Source: Verrucomicrobiota bacterium (lineage in GTDB: Bacteria > Verrucomicrobiota > Verrucomicrobiia > Limisphaerales > SXTU01). Taken from it: a stretch of DNA of 64,000 nucleotides. Position 1 is the stretch's first letter; every line of letters starts with the position of its first letter. The position numbers and the translations under genes are program-made. Below the pieces are notes generated by a model. That model had not been told where the DNA came from, ran no database searches, and saw nothing but the letters and a program-made list of their open reading frames with translations. The stretch covers positions 580-64,579 of the forward strand of contig JACRKB010000128.1 in NCBI GenBank assembly GCA_016235545.1. Direction: 5' to 3'. Below are positions 1 to 8,523 of this stretch, piece by piece.

Positions 1-843
1 AGGTTGCCGCCAGTCTAGTGCGCCCCACATGTAGATATGTGAATTTAGCCCAACATTTGTTCCTGGGGCGGAGGGCGGATTGGGAGTGTTGATTCTGCAA
101 TGATTTTCACTGAGTCAAGAGCCGACCAACCGCCTGCTGGCGGACCCTTTCGCGCAAGAAACAAATGAGGCTTGCGGCGTGAGGGGCGTTTTGGTGCATT
201 GAGCGGCGAACCGGAAGGGAAGCTGTAGGCCGGCTTGCCATGCTGTTCCGTAGAACCCGTTCAGGAGCTTGGCCCCGCGTGAGCCGACCCTATCCCTAGT
301 GGCGTCCGTGGCCGCGAGGCTGCGGTAACGACCCTGCTTACGAGATTGCTCACTTGCGTTTGGACCATGCGGCCCGCTTCCGGTTCCACAATTTAATCCG
401 CTACTTTGGCCGCGTGGAATTTTGCCGAAACCACGACCGGCCTTTTTGTGTTGCCGCAACGACTGGCCTCCGAAATCGGGCCTTGTAAAAACGCCCACAA
501 AAACAGGCTTTCTTACGCAGCCTTGTTTCTTACGAGATAGGGGCGACACTACATCGGCGTGCTCAGCTTGCTTTGGAGGGGCTGATGCGAGGGGGCCCTT
601 GCGGGGGTAGGGTCAGTTTCACACGAACTTCGAAATAGAAAATGGGTCGTAATGTGGAAGAGGCTGTCGGCAATGGGATTGATGCTTAACTCGACTTCCG
701 CTAGTGGACAGCTTATTCGACTAATTTGCGGAGTGAACGCGTGGATATGCTGGGGGGATATCCCGCTGCCTATCCTCAAAAGGGGGTGTAGTGTGAGCGT
801 CACACCGAGCACCACTATGCGTAGCATCCGTAGCATTGCGGCT

Positions 844-1460
844 ATGACATCTACGGAGGATGAACAGATTCTCAAGGTCGATACCAAAGGGCGGATCAGG
901 ACACAGTAGGCCCGCCGGGAGCAGTTGCTGGAGGAGTTCGAGCGCAGCAGCCTCTCGGTCGCCAAGTTCGCCGCCTTGACGGGCCTCAAATACCAGACCA
1001 TCGCCGGCTGGGTGCAGCGGCGGCGCAAGGAGCGGGGCGCCGCTGCGCCGGTGGTTGCGCCTGCGCTTGGACAACTGCGCTGGTTGGAAGCGGTGGTGGA
1101 CTAGGCCACCGGTGCGGAACCCAACGGAGTATGTGCAGTTGCCCGGCGGCGCTCGGCTGGAGGTGAACACGTCTGGGCAGGCGGTGCTGGCGGCGGAACT
1201 GTTGCGGGCGCTGGCCCAACCTTCCAGCACCTGATGAGTTTTGCTGGCAGCCTACGGGTGTTTGTGGCGCTGGAGGCCTGCGACATGCGCAAGGGGGCTA
1301 ACGGCCTGCACGCGCAGGTGACCGAGCGGCTGGGCAAGGACCCCAAGACGGGCGCGTTGTTTGTGTTCACCAACCGGCGGCGCACGCGGCTCAAGATCCT
1401 CTGCTGGGACCGCACTGTGCTATGCTCGCCTCCGCTGCGCCTCCCGCGAAAGGGGGGGCA
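844..1460 (+). mobile_element. IS66-family insertion sequence relic: disrupted orf1 plus truncated orf2/TnpB, no orf3 transposase
   Basis: Frame-1 translation MTSTEDEQILKVDTKGRIRTQ(TAG 907-909)ARREQLLEEFERSSLSVAKFAALTGLKYQTIAGWVQRRRKE looks like IS66 orf1. Its C-terminal part (VQLPGGARLEV...) is in another frame from ~1133. A TGATG overlap at 1232-1236 leads into MSFAGSLRVFVALEACDMRKGANGLHAQV...LFVFTNRRRTRLKILCWD, the IS66 Orf2/TnpB N-terminus. Similarity fades by ~1455. Confidence 0.7.
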
Positions 1461-1577
1461 GCGGGCAGGAGAAAGCACATTTGCAGAAAGCAATTTACAC
1501 CGGCCAACTTGCCTTGTATCTCCGCAGCGCCCGACATTAATCACTAACCACTTCGCAACCCGCGCCGACTACGCCTG

Positions 1578-2201
1578 ATGAGCCCCACATCTTCCCTTAC
1601 ACCGACCGCCGTCGTCTTCGACCTCGGCAAGGTGCTGCTGGAATTCGACTACGGTATCGTGGCGCGGCGGCTGGCGGCGCACAGCGGGCGGGACGCGGAG
1701 CAGATTCGCGGGCTGCTGGACCAGTCGTCGTTGCTGTTCCGCTTCGAGAGCGGCGGGATGACGAACGACGAGTTTTTCCGCGAGGTCTCCGCGGTGAGCG
1801 GCTACACGGGTGGCTTCGATGAGTTTGCGGACATCTTCGGCGACATCTTCACGGCGATTCACTCGATGATCGAGCTGCACGCGCAGCTCCACGCGCGCGG
1901 CGTGCCGACGTTCATCTTCTCGAACACGAACGACCTCGCGGTGCGCCATATCCGCGTGAACTTCCCGTTCTTCTCCGGCTTCACGGATTACATCTACTCG
2001 CACGAGGCGGGCATGATGAAGCCGGACCACCGGATTTATGAAATCGTCGAGCACCGCACAGGCCGCACGGGTGCGATGCTGCTCTACATTGACGACCGGC
2101 TGGAGAACGTGGAAGCGGGAGCGTCGCGAGGCTGGCGCGTGGTGCATCACCAGACGCCGGAGCAGACCATCGCGGCGGTGCGTGCGATGGGTTTGCTGTG
2201 A
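1578..2201 (+). CDS. HAD-superfamily hydrolase (subfamily IA-like)
   Basis: 207-aa ORF with ATG at 1578. It has the N-terminal motif VVFDLGKVLLEFD (DxD-type nucleophile region) and a C-terminal LLYIDDR motif typical of HAD phosphatases. Confidence 0.85.
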   Translation: MSPTSSLTPTAVVFDLGKVLLEFDYGIVARRLAAHSGRDAEQIRGLLDQSSLLFRFESGGMTNDEFFREVSAVSGYTGGFDEFADIFGDIFTAIHSMIELHAQLHARGVPTFIFSNTNDLAVRHIRVNFPFFSGFTDYIYSHEAGMMKPDHRIYEIVEHRTGRTGAMLLYIDDRLENVEAGASRGWRVVHHQTPEQTIAAVRAMGLL

Positions 2202-2266
2202 AGAAGCCGACGCACGAAGTTCGCGCAACTTGAGCGGCGGCATGGTGTTTGTCTGTCCACGCAGCC

Positions 2267-3337
2267 ATGAACGAGCCACTTGACTCCCGCCCGCAACGAA
2301 CGGTCAACCGCCTGCGGCTTCTGGTTTTGATCCCCGCCGCGCTCGCGGGCGTCGGGGTTGTGTTTCTGGCCGTTCAACTCGCGCAGCACTTCCGTGCAAT
2401 GAAGGAACCACCGGCGCGGGATTATCCGCCGAACCCGGCAACGATGCCGGGTGTTCCCGGGCGACCAACCGCTCCGTTGTCGGTGCGTCTGACTGCCCCC
2501 GTTCGAAGTGCCGCCGCACAGGCGAAGTCCCGCGCCGATGCCGTCGCTCCCGTGCCGGGCAGCGCAGCACCGCCACTCGGTGCGCGGGTCGTTGCAGCCG
2601 ATTCACCACCGGGGCTGATCCCTCCCGCCCGAGGTGCGCTCGCGGTGATTGGGCTGCCAGCACGCGACATCGTGGGGCGCGTGTTCCTGCGCGGAGCACC
2701 TCCCGCCGAGAAGGCGATTCCGATGGATCCATCGTGTGGCAAACTGCATGCGGGCAACGCCCAGCCATTCACGCGGCTCTACGTTGTCGGCACAAACGGT
2801 AGCTTGGCGGATGTGTTCATTGTGTTGAAGGACTTCCCCGCCGGGCTTCAGGAAGTGCCGGGCAACCCCGTCGAAATCCGCCAGCGCGGCTGCGAATATC
2901 TGCCTTACGTGAGCGCTGTGCGCGTCGGTCAAATCATTCGCGTGTTCAACGACGATCCGTTGATGCACAACGTCCATCCCACACCAATCGTTGTTGGCAA
3001 CCGGGAGGGGAATCGTGCGCAAATGGCGGGGGGCGCGCCGCTGGACTTCAGCTTCCCCAAGCCCGAGTTCTTCCTCCGCTTCAGGTGCGACGTGCATCCG
3101 TGGATGTTCGCCTACGTTAGCGTGGTGGAGCATCCGTTCTTCGCCGTGAGCGCGGCTGACGGGCATTTCGCCCTGCCCGAGCCGCCTGCTGGGGAATACA
3201 CGTTGAAGTTCATCCATCGCAAAGCGGGCGAGAAGCTCGTGCCGGTGAGCGTGCGGCCCGGCAAGCGCACCGTGGTAGCCGTCACGCTCGATCTCGCCGA
3301 CCCGTTCAAGCACGAGGCGGTGGTGACAATGGAGTGA
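2267..3337 (+). CDS. Membrane-anchored protein with cupredoxin-like / CarboxypepD_reg-like C-terminal region
   Basis: The track start at 2249 is TTG; the first ATG is 2267 (MNEPL). The protein has an N-terminal TM helix, a Pro/Ala-rich linker and the C-terminal sequence RCDVHPWMFAYVSVVEHPFFAVSAADGHFALPEPPAGEYTLKF, which resembles a widespread soil-bacterial family. Function unknown. Confidence 0.6.
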   Translation: MNEPLDSRPQRTVNRLRLLVLIPAALAGVGVVFLAVQLAQHFRAMKEPPARDYPPNPATMPGVPGRPTAPLSVRLTAPVRSAAAQAKSRADAVAPVPGSAAPPLGARVVAADSPPGLIPPARGALAVIGLPARDIVGRVFLRGAPPAEKAIPMDPSCGKLHAGNAQPFTRLYVVGTNGSLADVFIVLKDFPAGLQEVPGNPVEIRQRGCEYLPYVSAVRVGQIIRVFNDDPLMHNVHPTPIVVGNREGNRAQMAGGAPLDFSFPKPEFFLRFRCDVHPWMFAYVSVVEHPFFAVSAADGHFALPEPPAGEYTLKFIHRKAGEKLVPVSVRPGKRTVVAVTLDLADPFKHEAVVTME

Positions 3338-3396
3338 CCGCTCAGAGGACGGCGGTCACAGACCGCCGCTACAGAACGGCTGCATGTCGCCGGCAC

Positions 3397-3431
3397 AAAG
3401 AAAAACTCCGGCCCGCATTGGCGGACCGGAG
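3397..3431 (-). terminator. Rho-independent terminator downstream of the cytochrome c gene
   Basis: Stems ctccggcccgc (3406-3416) and gcggaccggag (3421-3431) pair with one mismatch. On the minus strand they are followed by a U-run (complement of aaagaaaaa, 3397-3405). Confidence 0.6.
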
Positions 3432-3460
3432 TTACGTGAAGGTGAGTTGCGGGACCGTGC

Positions 3461-3856
3461 TTACTTCGCGCCCTGATCAATCCACGCGCGGATGAGGCCG
3501 ATCTGCTCGCTGGTCAGCGGCTTGCCCTTGCCTTCGGGCGGCATGGCGTCGTCTTCTACGAGACGGGCGACGGCCTTGACGAGTGAGCTGTCGGCGCTCT
3601 TGCCGGGCGTGATGGACTTGCCATTCTCGCTGGCCTTCAGCGCGTTGGCGAGTGTGTCGAGGCGCAGCTTGCCTTTCTGCTTCTTCTCGCCGTGGCACTC
3701 GAAGCAGGACTTCTCAAAGATGGGCTTGATGTCCTTGTCAAACGTGAGGCCGGTCTTTTTGGAGGCCGGGGGGAGTTCATTCTTGGCGGCGGCCGTGGCG
3801 GTGATGGCGAGCGCAAGGCCCGTGCAAAGACTGAGTGCGATAGTGAATTGTTTCAT
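3461..3856 (-). CDS. Secreted c-type cytochrome domain protein (Planctomycete-type PSCyt-like)
   Basis: 131 aa with a signal peptide (MKQFTIALSLCTGLALAITATAAA), the heme motif CFECHG followed by KKQKGKLRLDT, and a C-terminal MPP...LT..Q...IR.WI motif typical of PSCyt domains. Confidence 0.8.
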   Translation of the reverse strand: MKQFTIALSLCTGLALAITATAAAKNELPPASKKTGLTFDKDIKPIFEKSCFECHGEKKQKGKLRLDTLANALKASENGKSITPGKSADSSLVKAVARLVEDDAMPPEGKGKPLTSEQIGLIRAWIDQGAK

Positions 3857-3934
3857 AATTTGTGTGCAGTTGGCGGCGGGTGTCTAGCCGGAGGGAGGAC
3901 AGTTTGCACGCGAAAAATCTCGCAGTGAGCACGC

Positions 3935-4345
3935 TCAGTTTGGAGAGAGCAGCGCCGTCCGCACCGACTTCAGCAGCGTCGCCACGGGAAACGGCTTGGA
4001 GACGCACAGGTCGGGGTGAAACTCGTTCTCGCCCTGCATCAGGTCGGAGGCCATGCCGCTGAGGAGGATTGTCTTGAGTCCCTGAATTTCTGACTTCCCG
4101 CGCGCGAGCAGTTGCAGTCCGTTCAAGCCGGGCATCTTGAAGTCAGCGAGGAGCATGTCGGGCTTCACGGGCGAATTGGCCAAGGCCTCCGCCGCCATCT
4201 GCGAGTCATGAAAAACACGGGTGCGGTAGCCTTCCAGTTGAAGCAGTTCGGCCACGATGTCGGCTGACACAGGCTCGTCATCCACGACGAAAATCATTGG
4301 CGCTCCGTGCGCGGCAGCGAGAGGGGAATCGGTGGCGGCGCTCAT
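3935..4345 (-). CDS. Single-domain response regulator (CheY-like receiver)
   Basis: 136 aa with receiver signatures MIFVVDDEP, LLADFKMPGLNG and a conserved Lys region (CVSKPF). There is no output domain. The start could instead be the internal MIFVV. Confidence 0.85.
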   Translation of the reverse strand: MSAATDSPLAAAHGAPMIFVVDDEPVSADIVAELLQLEGYRTRVFHDSQMAAEALANSPVKPDMLLADFKMPGLNGLQLLARGKSEIQGLKTILLSGMASDLMQGENEFHPDLCVSKPFPVATLLKSVRTALLSPN

Positions 4346-4545
4346 GCGTTTGCAAATCTACAGTGGCAACCGTAGAGGAAGTTCCATGCCAGCCGCGGGT
4401 TTGCGAAGAGCACGCGGCCGACGGGCAGGTTTTGCTTTCCATCATCTTGTTCGGCAGATACAACCACGCCCGAATGCACGCGCGACCGGGACCGCTCCCA
4501 GCGGAGCAGGCGCCCGATGTCGCGGCATAGCTGTCGAACCATCAC

Positions 4546-5829
4546 ATGAAAATCGGCATCATCGGACTGGGCTACGTCGGCCTCCCTCTCTCCTTGCAAT
4601 TCGCGCGCTCCGGCGTGGATGTCACCGGCTTGGATGTGGACGAACGGAAGATCGTCGCGCTCACGGCGGGCAAGAGCTACATTGAGCACATCCCGGCGGC
4701 GGCGATTCAGGAGCAGGTGAGCGCCGGCCGCTTCCGCGCGACGACGGACTTCTCCGCCATCAAGAAGCTCGACGCCGTCATCATCTGCGTTCCCACCCCG
4801 CTCAACAAGAACCGCGAGCCGGACATCAGCTACATCATCAAGTCTGGCGAGGCGATCCTGCCGCACGTCCACAAGGGCTTGCTCGTCGTCCTGGAATCCA
4901 CCACCTACCCCGGCACGACCGATGAGGATCTCCGCGCCGTGCTCGAACGCAGCGGCCTGAAGGCCGGCGTGGACTTCAACCTCGCCTTCTCTCCCGAGCG
5001 CGAAGACCCCGGCAACCCGAACAGCATCGTCGCGCAGATTCCCAAAGTGGTCGGTGGCCTGACGCCGGCGTGCTTGAAACGGGCCATTGAGGTCTATGGC
5101 AAGGCCATCAAGACAATCGTGCCCGTCAGCTCCTGCCGCGCGGCGGAGGCGACGAAGCTGCTCGAGAACATTTTCCGGGGCGTGAACATCGCGCTGGTCA
5201 ACGAGCTGAAGCAGGTTTACGCCGCGATGGGCATCGATGTTTGGGAGGTCATCAACGCGGCGAAGACCAAGCCGTTCGGCTACATGGCCTTCTACCCCGG
5301 CCCCGGTCTCGGCGGGCATTGCATCCCGATTGACCCGTTCTACCTGACGTGGAAGGCGCGCGAGTATGGGCAAAACACGAAGTTCATCGAACTGGCCGGC
5401 GAGGTGAACACCGCCATGCCGATGTATGTCGTCCACCGCACGCAGGAGGCCCTCAACGCGAAGAAGAAATCCATCAACGGCAGCAAGATTCTCATCATGG
5501 GCCTGGCCTACAAGGCCAACGTGGACGACGACCGCGAGTCTCCCAGCTACACGTTGCTCGACCTGTTCAAGGCGCGCGGCGCGAAGATGTCCTACTACGA
5601 CCCCCACGTCCCCGTCGTCCGCCCAAGCCGCGAGCACGGCCACTGGGCCGGCACGAAGTCCGTGCCGTGGACCAAGAAGAGCATCAGCAGCTACGACGCG
5701 GTGGTGATTTCCACGAACCACAAGAAGGCCAGCAACCAGGAACTCGCAGACTGGGCGCAAGTCATCGTGGACACCCGCAACGCGATGGCGGATGTGAAGG
5801 TCGCGGCCGGGAAGGTCTGGAAGTCTTGA
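4546..5829 (+). CDS. UDP-N-acetyl-hexosamine 6-dehydrogenase (WbpA / WbpO / TviB family nucleotide-sugar dehydrogenase)
   Basis: 427 aa with the Rossmann motif MKIGIIGLGYVGLPL and the family-typical FSPEREDPGN and GGHCIPIDP (catalytic Cys). It sits next to a WbpP/TviC-like epimerase. Confidence 0.85.
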   Translation: MKIGIIGLGYVGLPLSLQFARSGVDVTGLDVDERKIVALTAGKSYIEHIPAAAIQEQVSAGRFRATTDFSAIKKLDAVIICVPTPLNKNREPDISYIIKSGEAILPHVHKGLLVVLESTTYPGTTDEDLRAVLERSGLKAGVDFNLAFSPEREDPGNPNSIVAQIPKVVGGLTPACLKRAIEVYGKAIKTIVPVSSCRAAEATKLLENIFRGVNIALVNELKQVYAAMGIDVWEVINAAKTKPFGYMAFYPGPGLGGHCIPIDPFYLTWKAREYGQNTKFIELAGEVNTAMPMYVVHRTQEALNAKKKSINGSKILIMGLAYKANVDDDRESPSYTLLDLFKARGAKMSYYDPHVPVVRPSREHGHWAGTKSVPWTKKSISSYDAVVISTNHKKASNQELADWAQVIVDTRNAMADVKVAAGKVWKS

Positions 5830-5836
5830 GGCCCTT

Positions 5837-5894
5837 GCGCATTACGTGTTATCGACTGCCTCGATTGCGTAACGAGTAATGCGTAATCCGTAAC
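5837..5894. repeat. cgtaa-type heptamer repeat tract just upstream of the epimerase start codon
   Basis: Four consecutive 7-mers (gcgtaac gagtaat gcgtaat ccgtaac) occupy 5867-5894. An inverted copy, gcgcattacg, lies at 5837-5846. The tract ends 5 nt before the ATG at 5900. Confidence 0.6.
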
Positions 5895-5899
5895 CCGCC

Positions 5900-6928
5900 A
5901 TGTCCGCCTACGAAACCCTCCGCGCCGACCTGAAGAAATCCCCCCGCACCTGGCTCGTCACCGGGGCCGCCGGCTTCATCGGCTCCAACCTCGTCGAGCA
6001 TCTGCTCAAGCTCGACCAGCGCGTCGTGGGCCTCGACAACTTCGCCACCGGGCACCGCAAGAACCTCAACCAGCTCAAGGACCTCGTCACCGCCAGCCAG
6101 TGGGAGCGCTTCCGCTTCCTCGATGCCGACCTGCGCGTCGGCCACCTCTGCCACGAGGCGTGCGCCGGCGTGGATTACGTGCTGCACCAGGGCGCGCTGG
6201 GCTCCGTGCCGCGCTCCGTCGCCGACCCCGTGACCAGCAACGAGGCCAACGTCCTCGGCTTCTTGAACATCATGCTCGCCGCGCGCGACGCGCAGGTGAA
6301 GCGCCTCGTCTATGCCTCCAGCAGCAGCGTCTATGGCGACCACCCGGACCTGCCCAAGGTCGAGGACAAGGTCGGCAACGTCCTCTCGCCCTACGCCGCG
6401 ACCAAAAAGTTCAACGAGATTTACGCCGACGTCTTCGCGCGCACCTACGGCTTCAAGGCCATCGGCCTGCGCTACTTCAACGTCTTCGGCCCGCGTCAGG
6501 ACCCCGACGGAGCCTACGCGGCCGTCATGCCCAAGTGGGTCGCCTCGCTGCTGAAGAAGGAACCCGTCTTCATCAACGGCGACGGCGAGACCAGCCGCGA
6601 CTTCTGCTTCGTGGAAAATGTCGTGCAGGCAAATCTCCTCGCCGCCACCACGCAGAACGACGACGCGTTGAACCAAGCCTACAACATCGCCGTGGGAGAC
6701 CGCACCACGCTCAACGACCTCTACCGCGCCATCCACGACGGCCTGCGCCGGCGCAACCCGTCGCTGCCCGAGCAGAAGCCCACCTACCGTGAGTTCCGCG
6801 TGGGCGACGTTCGCCACTCGCTCGCGAACGTGGACAAGGCCCGCCGCCTCCTCGGCTACGCGCCCACGCACACGATGCCGCAGGGCCTCGAACTCGCGCT
6901 GGACTGGTATGTGGCGAATGTGCGGTGA
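5900..6928 (+). CDS. NAD-dependent UDP-HexNAc(A) C4-epimerase (WbpP / TviC-like SDR)
   Basis: 342 aa with [29 protein letters not shown] and the catalytic YAATK. This is the typical extended-SDR epimerase partner of WbpO/TviB-type dehydrogenases. Confidence 0.85.
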   Translation: MSAYETLRADLKKSPRTWLVTGAAGFIGSNLVEHLLKLDQRVVGLDNFATGHRKNLNQLKDLVTASQWERFRFLDADLRVGHLCHEACAGVDYVLHQGALGSVPRSVADPVTSNEANVLGFLNIMLAARDAQVKRLVYASSSSVYGDHPDLPKVEDKVGNVLSPYAATKKFNEIYADVFARTYGFKAIGLRYFNVFGPRQDPDGAYAAVMPKWVASLLKKEPVFINGDGETSRDFCFVENVVQANLLAATTQNDDALNQAYNIAVGDRTTLNDLYRAIHDGLRRRNPSLPEQKPTYREFRVGDVRHSLANVDKARRLLGYAPTHTMPQGLELALDWYVANVR

Positions 6929-7006
6929 CCGGCGGAACGCGCCCCGATGCCAAGTTCGATGAACGCCGCGTCGCAGCTCCAGCAGCCAGTGCTCCGCCGG
7001 ACAGGA

Positions 7007-7407
7007 GGGCTGAAAGCCCGCCATTCGCCAGCCTGGGGTGAAGCCCCAGGTTCAGAGTTTCCAAAAGTTCGGAGCGCTGAAAGCGCGGAACTTGATTCTG
7101 CAAATGCAACCGTTTGTGCCGGGCTTGCAGCCCTTGGCCCGCTGGCTGTCCGGGACCTGGGGCTTCGCTCACTGCGTTCGCTCCACCCCAGGCTGGCGAA
7201 TTGCGGGCTTTTAGCCCTTGTCTTGCGCACGAACGCCCCTCTCATTGGCACCCGGCTTCAGCCGGGTGATGGCACGGGAGATGGCAGCGGAAACCGTTTC
7301 GACGGTTTTCGCCACGCTGGCACACGCCGCAACGGGAAGCCGTTGAAACGGCTTCCTCCGTTGCTCCGCCCGGCCACCGGGCTGAAGCCCGGTGCTAATG
7401 AGAGGAG
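7007..7407. repeat. Composite nested palindromic intergenic element (two large inverted-repeat pairs plus inner hairpins)
   Basis: IR pair 1 is 7007-7040 (gggctgaaagcccgccattcgccagcctggggtg) against 7184-7217, with 2 mismatches. IR pair 2 is 7236-7268 (cccctctcattggcacccggcttcagccgggtg) against 7375-7407. Inner hairpins lie at ~7288-7313 and ~7334-7356. Confidence 0.75.
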
Positions 7408-7452
7408 CGCCAGACTTGAATCTCCTTCCGCTTCGTTCAGCCTTCTGCCCGC

Positions 7453-8334
7453 ATGACCGCCCCTGAACCGCACGTCAACGAACTCGCCGATTACGAGCGC
7501 GTCATCCGGCCCAAGAAGGGCCTCGTGGCCGTGGACTTCGACGAGCTGTGGCGCTACCGCGAGCTGTTCTGGTTCCTGGCCTGGCGCGACATCCTCGTGC
7601 GCTACAAGCAGGCCGCGCTCGGCGTCGCGTGGGCGGTGCTCAAGCCATTCCTTACGATGGTCGTGTTCACGATCGTCTTCGGAAAGCTCGCGGGCTTCTC
7701 TGAGAAGAAGGGGATGAACTTCGAGACCTACGCCGTGCTGACGCTGGCCGGGCTGCTCCCGTGGCAGTTCTTCGCCAATGCGATGGGCGAGAGCAGCAAC
7801 TCGCTCGTCGGCTCCTCGAACATGATTTCCAAAATCTATTTCCCGCGCCTCATCATCCCGGCCAGCGCGGTCATCAGCGGCGCGGTGGACTTCGCCATCG
7901 GGCTGGTCATCCTGTTCGGCGTGATGTTGTGGGCGGGCGTGAGCTGGCAACTGCACTTGCTCCTGCTGCCGGTGTTCTTCCTCGTCGCCTTCGCCGCCGC
8001 GTTTGCCATCGGCCTGTGGCTCTCGGCGCTGAACGTGAAGTATCGCGACGTGAAATACATCGTGCCGTTCATCGTGCAGATGGGCCTCTACGCCAGCCCG
8101 GTGGCGTTTCCGTCCAGCCTCGTGCGGGAGAAGTTCGGCGACACGGTGTTCTTTCTCTTCAGCCTGAACCCGATGGTTGGGGTGATTGACGGCTTCCGTT
8201 GGTGTGTGCTGGGCGGGGCGTTTGAGCCGTATTGGCCGGGCTTCGGCGTGAGCATCGGGGTCATCGCCGCGCTGCTGGTCAGCGGCGCGCTCTACTTCCG
8301 CCGCGCGGAGAAGACGTTTGCGGATGTGATTTAA
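7453..8334 (+). CDS. wzm: ABC-2 type polysaccharide/O-antigen export permease (Wzm/TagG/KpsM family)
   Basis: 293 aa with about 6 TM segments and the N-terminal motif LVRYKQAALGVAWAVLKPFLTMVVFTIVFGKL typical of ABC-2 permeases. It is followed by a Wzt-type ATPase. Confidence 0.85.
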   Translation: MTAPEPHVNELADYERVIRPKKGLVAVDFDELWRYRELFWFLAWRDILVRYKQAALGVAWAVLKPFLTMVVFTIVFGKLAGFSEKKGMNFETYAVLTLAGLLPWQFFANAMGESSNSLVGSSNMISKIYFPRLIIPASAVISGAVDFAIGLVILFGVMLWAGVSWQLHLLLLPVFFLVAFAAAFAIGLWLSALNVKYRDVKYIVPFIVQMGLYASPVAFPSSLVREKFGDTVFFLFSLNPMVGVIDGFRWCVLGGAFEPYWPGFGVSIGVIAALLVSGALYFRRAEKTFADVI

Positions 8335-8511
8335 CCACGAATGGACACGAATGGACACGAATGGGGCGTCGGCGTGCTGCGTGTTGCGTGTTGCGTGACT
8401 ACGGCAGGACGCGCTCAAAGTCATTCACGGAACACGAAACACGCAGCACCTCACCGTTCTCCTCAATTCGGCTGGTTTCCCATTCGTGTTCCTTCGTGTC
8501 CATTCGTGGTT
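8333..8511. repeat. Nested palindromic element filling the wzm-wzt intergenic region
   Basis: The outer IR is 8333-8364 (aaccacgaatggacacgaatggacacgaatgg, containing ~3 tandem 10-mers) against 8480-8511 (ccattcgtgttccttcgtgtccattcgtggtt). The inner IR is 8374-8397 (gtgctgcgtgttgcgtgttgcgtg) against 8426-8449. It overlaps the wzm stop codon. Confidence 0.8.
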
Positions 8512-8523
8512 GCCGCCTGACCC

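Noticed and set aside
1-843. Possible structured RNA (group II intron 5' end GUGCG at ~17-22, RNase P, tmRNA)
   Set aside because: I could not find a domain V-like hairpin, a tmRNA tag/CCA end or RNase P conserved blocks by eye. It is left unassigned pending an Infernal/Rfam scan.
115-1230. Overlapping - strand ORFs of 144-169 aa at the left edge
   Set aside because: They have low-complexity Arg/Ser/Pro-rich translations and mutually overlapping frames, and they lie antisense to the IS66 orf1 remnant. No motif supports them.
4342-5760. 472-aa - strand ORF overlapping the nucleotide-sugar dehydrogenase
   Set aside because: It is antisense to a gene with unambiguous Rossmann and catalytic motifs. 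It has no recognisable domain and a GC-shadow composition. The same reasoning rejects 5849-7024(-), 7258-8424(-), 8425-9684(-), 18768-20243(+), 23789-24946(+), 24966-26051(+), 26154-27734(+), 30587-32179(+), 39323-40699(+), 49888-50919(+), 51744-53018(+), 54000-55115(+), 55591-57138(+), 59765-60976(+), 61031-62071(+) and 62204-63337(+).
8336-8365. Tandem acgaatggac 10-mers as a possible CRISPR or VNTR array
   Set aside because: There are only ~3 contiguous copies with no spacers, and they form one arm of a larger inverted repeat. No cas genes are present. This is not CRISPR.
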